Assembly (NCBI GenBank): GCA_023213395.1
Contig: CM041465.1
Coordinates: 119,047,741 to 119,111,740, forward strand
Reading direction: 5' to 3'
Length of the DNA stretch: 64,000 nt
DNA from: Cycas panzhihuaensis
Lineage: Eukaryota > Plantae > Cycadophyta
Shown here: piece after piece, positions 43,801 through 57,189 of the stretch
How positions within the stretch are numbered: the stretch's first letter is position 1
How the letters are laid out: every line of letters begins with the position of its first letter
Notes under the pieces: generated by a model
Told to the model about the DNA's origin: nothing
Seen by the model: only the letters and a program-made list of their open reading frames with translations
Database searches by the model: none
Made by a program: the position numbers and the translations under genes

Positions 43801-46053
43801 ACTTTTTATTAATTCTTTGATAGTTATTCTTACTAAAGTAAAAATATATGCTTGAAATAAGGTAGGATTTTTAAAAACTGCAGTTAAGCCCCTTTAAGAA
43901 ATTAATATATAGTCACTTGGTTGTTATATATAATCTATAGGTCATATTACAAAGGGACTATAGGGCAATAAACTCAATAGTATATGAAATATAATTAAAT
44001 TTTTTAAAATATTAAATACTCAAAAATATTTTACCACTCATTTATCACTAATTCAAACTTTAAGAACTCACCAAATACTTGCCTAATTTAATGGTGTATA
44101 GTTGCTTATCAAGTTAATACTAATATATCAAGTTTCATATACTAGTAGGCTAAGAACTATACTAAAATTAAATCTCCAATGGGCAAAATAATGAGCACCA
44201 CTACACATTCATATATGGTATAAAGACCCACAAGATAAATATAAATACACTGGCCCTTTGCCAAGAAAAAAAATAGTACTTCCTAATAGGAGACATTGGT
44301 TAATATGATCAAATGGATGATGAACTTATAATCAATGAACACTCCTTAGGATACATTGGTCAATTGAGAATAACTAATTAAAATAGAAGTTATATATTAC
44401 CTATCATCTGACCACTAGGAATTTAAATACAACATAACTTATATATCACGTTGAGATTAGACAAGATAAGAGATGTCCTTATAGTGTTGCCCTACAATCA
44501 GATGAGACAAGAGATATTATTGTAATGTCACGATGGTGACTTTTTATATATGGACATTCGTATGGATGAAATAGTGTTCATCACCATGAATTAAGATGAG
44601 GAGGTGACATAAATATGTAATCAAATATTTAGGACTTGTGATTCTTTTAGGGATAATCTACACACATAGACTATTTCAAACTCTGGTGATAAGACATCTA
44701 GATATAGACTATAAACATGGACTAAGTGGAGATATCCATAATAAATAAGTACAATGAATACAGTGAACAAACACTACATAAGGAATGAAGCATGTCTAAA
44801 TAACCCAATTGACCAATAGGGTGTAAATACTAGTCAAACACAAATGAGATTCTATATGAGGTGCCAAGTTAGGTGCAAACACACATAACTATGGAAATGA
44901 TATGTAACAAATATGTAAATAGTCTATGATAATTGTAAACAATAGATATAAAAAGATGTCAAACATGTATACCTAATATGCTATAAATTTTAACTTTGAA
45001 ATATAAAAAGACACATACACTATACAAGATATAAATTGGTATTAACACACACATAATAATGCCTATAGGCAATACACATGTAAATGACATGATAAATAGG
45101 TGAGTATATTAGAGGCTAAAACTTGAATTAAGAAAATATAACACATTTTGGATTCAAGAACACTCTTAGATAAACTTCTCAAGTGGATAAGGCATGCATA
45201 CTGGCTATTAAAAAAGGTATACGATTTTAAAGACAAATTAAATAGGAGAACTATGGATCTGATACTAAATGATAAATCAGCGGACAATAAAAAGACTAAA
45301 CCATAAAGAGACAAAATAATTAGAGGAAGATGATAGTATTTATATTTACATCGTGTTAAGTCTTATTCCTAGCCTACCTTTTAGGAGTCTCTCACTCTTT
45401 TTATAATTAACCTTTATGGTTGACTTTAACAATAGCAGTTCATGTTTAGGAATATTTCTTTTCTACTTTTTTTTTTTCAATTACTTTCAACATTTGATTG
45501 AGTTGTTAATGATATTATAAAGTAGATCTTCTACTTCCTTCATTCTATAGCTTTAGTAACATCTTTATTAAGCTCTTTAGTTGAACACCTCATGCTAAGT
45601 TGGTTTATAATGTTCTTCAAATATGACGGATATTTAGTCTACTTCTACTTTTGAGACATTTACCTTTTGAATTCCTTTAATACTAGTTTCTACTTTAGTA
45701 ATAGATGATCTTTTTCATAATGTTGTCTTTGCAATCTTGGTTGTCACCTCATTCAAGGATATTCTTGGATCCTTTATCTTTGATTACTTTTGAGAAGTAG
45801 TTTTCAGTTTCTTAGTTTTTATATGATTCTTCATACCCATCATGATAGATGTAAATTTTATTTTAGTCTTTGACTTAGTGATCGAGCCTTTCTTTTGGCA
45901 TTCATTTGGTCCATTTGTATATTTGGTTTAGTTTTTAAAGTGATCAAATTTTCTATTTCCCTTTCTTCATCAACATCTTTCATGATGTTCCTTTGGAGTA
46001 ATTGGTTTTAGATGTCTCTAGTTCTAGTTCTAATGACCCCTTTAAGTTTTTTA

Positions 46054-46150
46054 TTATGAAGTTTGTTATCTCTTCAGTTATGCTTTAGTATCTTTTCTCT
46101 TATGGCATATCTCTCTGCAAATCTTTATCTATCATTACACATGTTGGAAA
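46054..46150 (+). repeat. Left copy of the ~97-bp direct duplication flanking the 46151-49790 element (right copy 49792-49888)
   Basis: TTATGAAGTT..CTCTTATGGCATATCTCT..ATGTTGGAA directly abuts both LTR ends. Confidence 0.88.
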
Positions 46151-49100
46151 TGTTAGAATTTGAATATGCGATGAATATATAAAAATGGAACATGATGGTG
46201 AGTGTATGATATAACAATAAATCAAAAAGAAGATGAAGTATGTATAAATGAATACAAGATATGGAGAAATAGATAAAACTAAAATTAGAATAAATGATAA
46301 TAGATATAATTATAGTATAAGTTTGCCATCAATGAGAGAATCTTATTGGTTAATCTAGAGGTAGCATATCTCTATGTGGCTAACAACCTCAAATATAAAA
46401 TACACATAATATAAAGAGAGTGCACATGATGGTAATTATGTAATTAGGTATTACACCCAACATGTTACCCTTATAATAGTCAATTATATAATGAAATGTC
46501 ATGTCAAATGATAAACATTAAGTCTTCAAATAAATATTAGATTATATATTATTACAATAATATAATCAATTATCAATGTCCATATAAAGTGAAGTCTATT
46601 TACCAAAATACATAGGTAACTAGCCACTACAACTTCCAGTTGAATAGGAACTTCCTTTGCGTATATGGTTCAATCAGTACTAGTGAAAGTAGTTGTAAAG
46701 GAAACCCACCTCTTGCTTATATAAGAAATATAAGCAACCTCCAAATAGAAAGTACCGAGTCTTCAAATAAGCTGGATCATAATCTGATATAATAATATAA
46801 TCAATTATTGTTGTCCATATGAAGAGAACACCATCTACTAGACCACATAGATAACTAGCCATTATGATCGTCAGTTAACTAGGATGTTCCTTTATATACA
46901 TGGATTAATCAGCACTAGCAAGAGTAGTTGTAAAGGGGTCCCACCTCTTACTTATATGGGAAATGCAAGAAGTCTTCAAAGGGCTCTATGGCCTCAAATT
47001 ACCTCCATGGGCTAAAAACATGTCTCTTTGTGCTTACATTGTACCACCGTAGGCTAAAAATCAAACAATACATATCAATACATGACTTGAAAGATAGATG
47101 TGACTCAAGTATAATATGAATGACTCTCTCTCATATAATAAAGCTCAATATAAGATGGGTTCTCTAGAACTAAAAATAAGACCTCAGTACATGATATCCC
47201 TCCTATTTGGGGTACATCATATTAAAAAATATCATAAAGCCTTTAAACTACATGTATGTGCCTAACGAAACTAAAAAAAAATGAAGAAAAGTAAAGTTTT
47301 AAGGAAAAACTTTTGACTTTAAGATAAATTTTTACATCAAAATAGCTCCAAATAATATCAAGTGGCTTGCTAAATGAAATCTCTTTCAGTTACGAATCTA
47401 ACGCAACTAATGAGACTAAAAATGAAGCCTCCTAGCTTAAGTTATAGCTAAAATATTGATGAAGACTCTATAAAGACTGAAAGTTGAGGCTTAGCCCCTT
47501 TTGCTAGTGAGCGACTAGTCATATAGCACCCCCATACAACTAGGGGATAACATACCAAGGGGTTGGGTAGATCCAAAATACTTATCCAATCTTATTAAAT
47601 TTAATTTTTTCAACCAAAATAAATATTAAACCTATTTTTATGTCCACCACTTTAAAAGTCTAAAAGTTGATTAATTAAGAGAATATTAACCTTGAAAAAT
47701 TAAGGTTCTACCATATTTTTTCTATCTGTGAGCGAGCATCCACTATCATTTTTTGATTACAAGTTATAGTTCTACCATTATTGTAGGTCGATAGTGAGTT
47801 AACTAGTATCTAAGATGCAAACCTCCTCTTTTCATCTTGGAGAGACTTGTCCTAGGGGTAAAAACTTAAATCGGGCAGGCAGTCCATTAACAACAATATT
47901 ATTAATATTCATACCACCAATAACTCTAATTTCTAGGACCAACACTTTTAGTTTTGTATGCTTGTAAATAAGTTTTTTCTCCATGTCTACAGAAAGACAT
48001 ATCTTCTAGTGACAGAACAACAACATACAAACTCCTCACACCATTGTCAGGTTGTTGCCTAATGGCCATCTTCTATCCATCGCTCTTTAATTTTTAACTT
48101 CTTATTATTACCAACTTAACTTCATCTCATCAAGTTGGCATGTAAGAAGTGTTTATTTTTACCAAAGATGCTTTCCTCTATTTTGATGATACAGGCTAGA
48201 TTGAGATGTTGAAAGAGTAGAAGATACATACACACAGATGTGTCTACTTTATAGATGGATTTGTGAATAGAAGAACCATGGGTTTAGATCTATAGGAGAA
48301 TAAGTATTTATACTTGGGCTTGTTCTACTTGCAAGGGTTTAGTTAAAATAGTGGAGATCCATCGATAACAATGGTTGTCATGGTAGGGAGGGTACCCAAC
48401 TTATAGATGATGTATAGTAAACCCTTAAGCTAAGCTTTCCAAACCAAATTTAAAAACTTAAAAAGGGATCATCCCCTTATGATTATTTGTAGGACCTCAT
48501 CTATAAAGAAAATAGAAAAAAGAAATTCTAGGGCAGATTATATTCAACCTGTATTTAATGGTGATTTTTTATAACAGGTTCATAATGCATGTTACGAATG
48601 GTTGAAATCCCTTGGAGCAGGTACAAGAGATAACTTTGGGGCTTGTAGATATCAAGTTCTATTTAAATGTGATGCATTTATCAAATTTCATGGCCTTCTA
48701 AACTGGTACCCTTTTGAATTTAGAGGTAGCGGTGAGATGGTTGCAATGAACAGGGGATGGTAGTGACTTTTATATCATTATTCAAGGTGAAATCTTTTGA
48801 CTTAGAATGGACAATGACATGTAAACCTGCCAATTCTATGCCATAGTCCAATTCTTTATAGTCTTAGAGCTTGCATAATAATTAGTAGATGTAGTAGTAA
48901 CATCCAAAACTGATGTTGTAAACAACTATCATAAGATATATTTTCTTTTATAGCAGATAAACATCTTCTACGGGGTGATCAGGCCTACAACTAGTGTTAA
49001 GATTTACTCTCATTTTTCTTCAAAAATAGTTTCAAACTATACATTTTATGACTATAAATAACATGTCTATGTGCTCAAAAAATAGGCTTATATATAATAT

Positions 49101-49790
49101 GAAATCTGATTAGAAAGGCATATAAATATGTAGCTTCAAAATCTTCAAAAATAGTCTTGGAAAAACTTCAAAACATGTTTTAAAGTAGCCTTCAATAAGA
49201 GCTCCAAATAACCTTTAAACAATATCAAAATAACCTCTTTAAATTTGAAATAGCCCTAAATATTTTAGAAAATAGTCCCTTAAAATTGTACATAAAGTGC
49301 ATCAGAAGTTGGCTTTAAATAACTTGAAATAATCCTTCAAATGAGAATGAATAGGTCATTAATCAAGCACAAATCAAAAAATTAGCAAGGCTTCTAAAAA
49401 ACTCGAAAAGGATAACATGTACAAAGGTTTTACAATTATGCCCTCAAGGATTCAAACCTTAGGCTCTAATACCATATTAGAATTTAAATATATTATGAAT
49501 ACACAAAAATAGAACATGATGGTAAGTGTATAATATAATAATAAAGCATAAAGAAGATGAAGTATATATAAATAGACACAAGATATGGAGAAATATCCAA
49601 AACTTAAATTAGAATGAATGATAATGTACATACTTATAGTATAATCTCACCATCAATGAGAGAACCTCATTGGTCAATCTAAAGGTGGCACACATCATTA
49701 TGTGGCTCACAACCTCAAATATAAAATACATATAATATAGAGAGAGTGTATATATGAGGGTAATTATATAATTGAGTATTACACCCAACA
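46151..49790 (-). mobile_element. 3.6-kb non-autonomous LTR element (LARD/large-TRIM-like) with no recognisable coding domains
   Basis: LTRs 46151-46462 and 49475-49790 (TGTTAG/TATTAG...CCCAACA); minus-strand Met PBS GCTCTAATACCA at 49463-49474; no clear PPT. Confidence 0.82.
46555..46980. repeat. Diverged tandem dimer, period ~237 bp
   Basis: TATAATCAATTAT..GTCCATAT..TAACTAGCCA..AGTAGTTGTAAAGG..CCCACCTCTT occurs twice. Confidence 0.75.
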
Positions 49791-52120
49791 TTTATGAAGT
49801 TCGTTACCTCTTGAATTATGCTTTCGTGCCTTTTCTCTTATGGCATATCTCTTTGTAGATCTTTATCTATCATTGTATATGTTGGAAGAAGTAGTTCTAT
49901 CTTATGCTAATTCAATTGCACAAGATCTTATAGTCTGGCACCAGCATGATTGGCTATTCTTCAAAAACTTATTATACATTTTGAATGTTAGGTGATTTGA
50001 TTCTTAACATTTGCTAACATTTCATACTACAAAGATGTAGATGATGTTTTCATAGATTTTATGCCTAGTTCATTTTTTTTAGTATTGGATTGATGACTTA
50101 AGACATTTTGGATCTTCAATGATGATTCTAGTAGTTGGCATTAGTCAACTTTCTTAATAGATTATTTTTAATACATATGATCTATCTTCTTTAGTTATGG
50201 ATCTTAATCTTCATAGTTTGGTTCTTTCTTCTAAATAGTTTCTACCAACTTTTCAATAGCTTTTGAATGTTCCAGAGATGAATATAAGTTAGTTTGATCA
50301 ATAAACTAATTACTTGATCATTGAGACAGCTTCATATTCTTTCAGTTTCAAAAATCAAAATTTAGAGGCGTCATTCTAGTTCTAGTTGTACTTTTTCCAC
50401 CATCATTCTTTTGATAGTGATTTTGTTTCTAAAAGTACCATGCTTTATATATTTGACAACTAGTTTATTATCACCTTTCTACTTTTCTTCTAGATTTAGA
50501 TGATGATGAAATTTCCAATGATATATTATCTTCACCATTTTAGCTTCTTCAGATTTCTAGCTTTTCTACATCAGAATTTTAATGGATGTATTTAGTATTA
50601 TTAGACATTGATGCTTAGGGAGAATTATGTTGATGTAATTATTAGTTTGTCTAAGGTTCATTATCTTAGGGATTAGGTGATCTTTTTCCATTTTAATTTA
50701 TTATTTCTTTCACTTTCTTATACCCCTTAAAGTGGTCTTGTATATAAATATTAAGTAAAATTCTATTAAGTTTATAAAAGGTTATTAAATGTTAATTATT
50801 AGGGTTCATTTAATCCATTTCCCAATGGATTAAACAAACACCCTCCCCTCTTTATTATATAAATTTATCTTCCAATTAATAAAAAATAGTGATGACTATT
50901 CTATAGAAGGATTTTTAAAGGGGATGATTCTTGTGAGAAGATTTTTGTATTGGTTATAAGTTTATTTTAGTCTAGACAGAAGAGAATATAAAAGCCAAAG
51001 ATTTGAAGGTCAAAATTTTAAAAGATGGAGAGCTTCAGTAGTAAGAATATAGTATAGAAAATTCATATCAAAATATTTATCTGATACACAACTTGATCCT
51101 TTTACTTAATACAAAGGATAATGTTATGCTTGAATGAATGATGTTTCTTTTAATATGATATGTGAATATTTCTAATTTTTTTAACTTTCAAGCTGTGAGG
51201 TCTTCCTATTTATTTTGATATCACCTTTATATTTGCATTCATCTTTATATTTATTTTTAAATTTTACATCATTAGACTTTACATACAAAAAATGCATCAT
51301 GATTTTCCTTTTTAATTGCCCATAGTAAACACTTATTCTATCTCCTCAATTCATATCAATACCATCGCATCATTTTTACCATATTCCTATTCATTTCCAA
51401 AACATTTATTTATATGGATTAATACCATTATTTTATATTATTTACAACCACTTATTTTCTAATTCAACAACTTACTTTATTTGTATATTCAATCACCCTT
51501 TTAATTAAAAGCAATATGTATTTGCAACTCATTTTGATTACAATTTTGGCTACCCATGAAATGTCAAGATTTTTGAAGGGTGAATTTGATGAAATGAAGA
51601 ATGTTTAGTCATCATAAATAATTACCTAATATCAAGTTTTTCTTTTTCATTACATATGTTCATTCTTGATACCTTATGAACTGAAAAATAAATGCTATAA
51701 TATGAATATTAAATCAATGGGCTACTTATATGTGCCTAATTATTGATATGAAATCACTACATTAAATTGTCATTCTATTACAAACTCCATTGATCACTCA
51801 ATTAGAATATGTTGGTCACTTAAATTTAATTTATAGTTTTGATTTTAATAGCCCATTATCATTTATATAAATGCTAACTAGTAATTTATTTACTAGTGTT
51901 AATCCTATTACCCATAAAATTAAATAAATATGGTCACCACTTACCTTCTTCTCATTAAATTATTATTGTTGTAGTTATATGCAAATGCTTACTATTGGCA
52001 TTTTGTTTAGTATCCTACTATATTGCAAATGCCCTTGAATCAATATCACCCATTCTTCACTATTTAAAATATATAAATATTCACAGAGATACCAATCTTA
52101 TAAATAAAATTTCTAGATCA

Positions 52121-52292
<172 letters not shown>

Positions 52293-55200
52293 TTTATTTC
52301 AAATCAATTAAGGTTTGCATGATGATTATCACATTTCAAAAATGAATTCATTATAATTGTTAAATGTTTATGATGATGTTATTACAATGTTAATGTTGTT
52401 GAATGCTTTCATTATTCACTTTAATAGTCCAAAATGGGGCATTGATAATACCAATCATTTATCAATCTTAACACTACAATTTCACCTTTTTATAAATTAT
52501 AATTGTCCCTTTCAAAGAAGTAATATAAAGTTACATATAAAGATATATAGGGTTACATAAACCTGCATTACTTTCATGTGGTTTATATATATATCTATAT
52601 AGATAAATAGATAGATAGATATTCTATAATTTTATTTTTGTATGGTTAAGTTATATTTTGAAAAGTACCTACATATGTATGATCACCCAAATTTAAGGAT
52701 TTTGAAATTACATTTAATTTTCAGTGTTTTCATTTATTTTATATATATGGAAATAGAAACTTAAAAGTTTATTATTTACCTTGATTTTTGATGAGTGTTA
52801 GGGTGTATTGTAAGTGGGTGTAGGATAAGTATGTTTTGAGATTATGAGGTCATAGGTTTAAGTCTTATAGACTCACCTTCCTCCATCTAAATAAACACAT
52901 TAAGATAATTACATTTTCTTTTACTTCACACTTTAATTTACATCATTTTAAAGGTATATATTTAAATGAACCTTTTTGACAAATATAAATGATATATTTT
53001 TATCAATGTCTTAGAGAAATTTGATTCCATACATATGTGAGTAAAAGCAATAACATATGGTTGATGAGTTTATAAACATGAATATGCATGATTAAAGATG
53101 TTACATTGAGATATATAAATATGATATTATTTATCTTCTTCATCTATGTGCATTATTTATTTAACATTTTAGGCTGCAACTTTTATTACATTAGGTTTTA
53201 AAATGAGGTTTTATCATGAAAGTATTTCTATTTTGTTAATCTATCATCATCCCCCAGGATTGTCAGGTATGTCCTTAGTATTTATAGAGTCAAAATTCTA
53301 TCTTACTGCTTTTACCAAGAAATTATTAGATTAAGACTATCTACTAATATAAGGCCCTAAAATGTGTTAATCCCTCAGTCAACTAAATCTAGTTCCCTAG
53401 TAAGGATATAGTCACATGGGTATGCATTACCCACTTAAACTTATCCATAAAAACTTGGGCTATAAGTAACTTTGATGGCTATAAAGGCACCAAAGAGTAA
53501 GTGGGTTGACTATATGTTTACTCTTTAGGAGTGTGTCATGAAGCTATGGCCAATTGAGTGGCCTTCTCTAATGAGACCATATAAGGCTTTATCTTTCCAC
53601 CACTTACACTATTCATTATTAATTAAGGTATCTTATGGTTTTCCTTAGAGTTCATTGCCAAGGTTAGAGACGATGATTCTAGCAAAGCTTAGACTGCATT
53701 AACCAAGGGAGACCACTCAGTAATCCTTGGTCAAAGAAATATATAAGTAGCTTTAGAGACCTTAGGATGGCCATTCTTACTTACTATGGAGAAAATATTG
53801 GTATGATATCCTAATGCTAGTATTTTCTTTAGAGTGAGTTGAACCCCTCTCTTCAGGAGTTAATTTTTATCTTTTGGATTTTTTAAATCCCTATGGTTGA
53901 AATTTCACATAAAGGTAACACACATAATTCATCATCATTCTATTGAGTACTTTTCTTTAATAATTTTATTTCTAACTTCATTAACTAGAATGTGATCTTA
54001 GATTCTCACTGAATATATAGGTTGCTTTTGGTGGAATCTAAGGTTATCATATTTTTCTATGATAACACAATATGGTTAAAGTTTTTAAAAACTATAATAT
54101 TTTATATTTTATTCTATTATATTATAGGAGTTCTTGGTGTATATACACTACCTTTAAGTACCTTTTCATACTAATAAATTGTCATGCTATTTAATCATAT
54201 ATCTTAGTATTTGTTAATACTAGTTTAGCCTCCTAATTACCATTAATTACTTTATGACCTGTTTATCCCTTTAATTATGTTCACAACATGCTAATCATCC
54301 TTAAAGAATCATCAAAACTATTGCTTTCTTTAGTAGCCAAGATGGTATCATAATGACTAACATGGTTTAAGTGTTAAATCATCAATACAGTTTATAGTAG
54401 GCACCTTGAGCATTTATTGGCATATCATATATACATGTTAGACGTATATGAGAGATAATGTAATTTTATCTTAATTCATTACTAAAGGTTTTTGTTTAGG
54501 TACCATGTAAATTATGACCTATGGATATCGTGTTAACAGACCTATCTCCTATGTTTATCAATATAAATAATAGAAATGAATCCTTATATCTTGGACTATC
54601 TTCAACATGATACAATACATGATGAGGAGGAGGAATTGATTTAGAATAATACCTAAATGTATTGGTTAGAACCTTACATAGATTTCAAGAACTTAATTCC
54701 TCTTTCCTCTTTCTAAGGCAACTTATGTCCTTCTTCCTTGAATAACTTCTCCTATCTTGTGTTCTATATAAAGTCTTCAATCTTAGCGACATGCTTTTCA
54801 TCTCTCTTATGAATTTCTTAGATATATTTCATTGTCTTTTCTAACCAAAATTAATATGGAATAATTAATCCCAAATGTTGATGAATTATAGTCTTAAGTA
54901 ATCAACAATGACTATATGGCATGTATGGAGTGAGGGTGCAATCACTCAAATACCTTTGTGCTTGTTGCTTAAGATTAATATATGGATTTAAAGAGAAAGG
55001 AGTATATAAATTCCTTTCCATAGAAATTATGTATTAAAGATAATGCTTATACTATTGTATGGTTAGTAGATGGTTGTACTTTTATGACTTAAACTTTATA
55101 GGGTAGATCCTCTTCTTATAGTGGTTGTAGTTCATTTTCCCTATTACTTCTTTCCTTCCATTTTATTTTATAGTTACTTCTTTAGATTCCTCAATTCTAA

Positions 55201-56324
55201 TAGTCACATGACCAAGTTTAGTGTAAAGAATCACTCTAGTTTTAGAAAAATCTAAATGTCCAAGTATGAAGGGAACTTCATAGCCAAATTCTTAATCAAA
55301 GACTATTTTTCCTATCCAATAGGTAAGAGAGAAAAGAGTTCCAACCTTAATTTTGGCCATATTTCATAACACTAAAAATATTACTTCACCATCTAAATAA
55401 ATATTAATAACAAAGTGACTCATTACTAGTATTGACCTAAGAATATTTTAATAACTTTCTTGGAATTTAGTAATGCATGATCCTTATTTATTATTAAAAT
55501 CTTGGCATTTGATATAAATATGTTAAACAGTGCCAAAGATAAAAGAGTGCATTTATATAAAAGGGAAAACAAATAAACAAATATAAATAACAAAGCAAGT
55601 ATACCATAAAACTTCTCTTACCTTTATCTTCATAATATCTTACCTCCTACTTTTTGGATATAACAAAATAGAATGCTTAGGATATAGTTGGTACATTGCA
55701 TTATATTATGCTTATATAATGGAGTCTACAAAAATAATAAAATATTATAGGACCATAGGGTTTTCCTTATGTTGCAATTTGGATCACTAAAAGAATGAAA
55801 TATAAGATTATATGGCTTTACTTATGATGTAGTATAGTTAGGATTATAGGGTTTGGCTTACTTTATGATTCATAGTGTGCCTAGGGCTATGGTATTTAGC
55901 CTAAATGGTAATAATAATCATTAAAACAAATTGGGCATTCCTAATTTATTATAATTATAATTAGTGCATGAATGTTGAGTATCTAATTACTTACAAATAT
56001 ATTAGTGAATATATATCGTATATAAAATTATAAATATAGACATAAGAGTCAAATGCTTAAGAAATAAAACTTCCTCATTTATTTGGATATTAAAGGTAAG
56101 TACAATATTTAAGAAAAATTATATCCCTATTCATTCACAAGGAATCTTAATAAAGGTAGTAAGATTTCATAAGGATTGATTTTTTTTTTATGAATGTTTC
56201 ATTCAGAATCTCTTATTAGCAAACCTTTTTTTTTCTTTAAAAAATAACCAAAACTAATTCACTTATTTTCCTTAAGAAAAAAAAGAAAACTCCTAAAGTT
56301 TTCCTTTCCTAGAATTCCACTTAG

Positions 56325-56674
56325 TGATGTTAAGAGATGACATTTTAAATAAAGGCAGCTTTTGCCTTAATGTTGTTAGGTATTAAGAGAAAGAGAAAGA
56401 CAAAGTATGTATAGTAATTATACCAGGTTAGCTTTGGTTGCTTATTTTTTAGGTTGATAGATGGCATTTGGACAATTAGGATGCATGCAAAGGGTTGATT
56501 GATGTTTAGAGATGACATTTTAAATAAAGGCAGCTTTTGCCTTAATGTTGTTAGGTACTAAGAGAAAGAGAAAGACAAGGTATGTACAGCAATTATACCA
56601 GGTTAGCTTTGGCTGCTAATTTTTTAGGTTGATAGATGACATTTGGACAATTAGGATGTATGCAAAGGGTCGAT
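56325..56674 (+). repeat. 175-bp tandem duplication at the TG start of a probable LTR that continues after 62494
   Basis: Units 56325-56499 and 56500-56674 both begin TGATGTT and are highly similar. Confidence 0.85.
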
Positions 56675-57189
56675 AGCTTAGTTATCCTAGGTCTCCTTAC
56701 TTTATATGATGGTTATCACTTAAAAGGGCTATGTATGGATGGTTTAGGATATGTGTGAAGGATTGGTGACTTAGTTATCTTGGGCAACTATGAAGAAACA
56801 TACATACATATGTTCTAAGCTATAAGATCTTAACAATACATAACAAGCACAATAAAGAGCACATGAAATATAGTATACAAGATATACGTGAGAAAACCTC
56901 TTTGGGTAGAAAGCCCACCATAAAACATCACTAGATTTTATTGATTCTTTATTAAATGAATATACAAAGGACTTTGGGATATTTATAATCCCCCAAGTGG
57001 TGTCAACTCCTAATGGTTATGTCCCTTCATAAACTTTTACCTCTTTATTAAATAATAACTAAACCACATTTAACATTAACATAAGTGGCTTAGCATTACT
57101 TGCTATACTAACATCCCCCCTTAATATAAATGTAGGAATTGATCTGCAGTCTAAAATTATGACTGGCAAAGGCTAGAATTATCCTTATT

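Noticed and set aside
49441-49474. tRNA-Met gene
   Set aside because: Only the 3' ~30 nt including CCA is present, adjacent to an LTR; it is a PBS.
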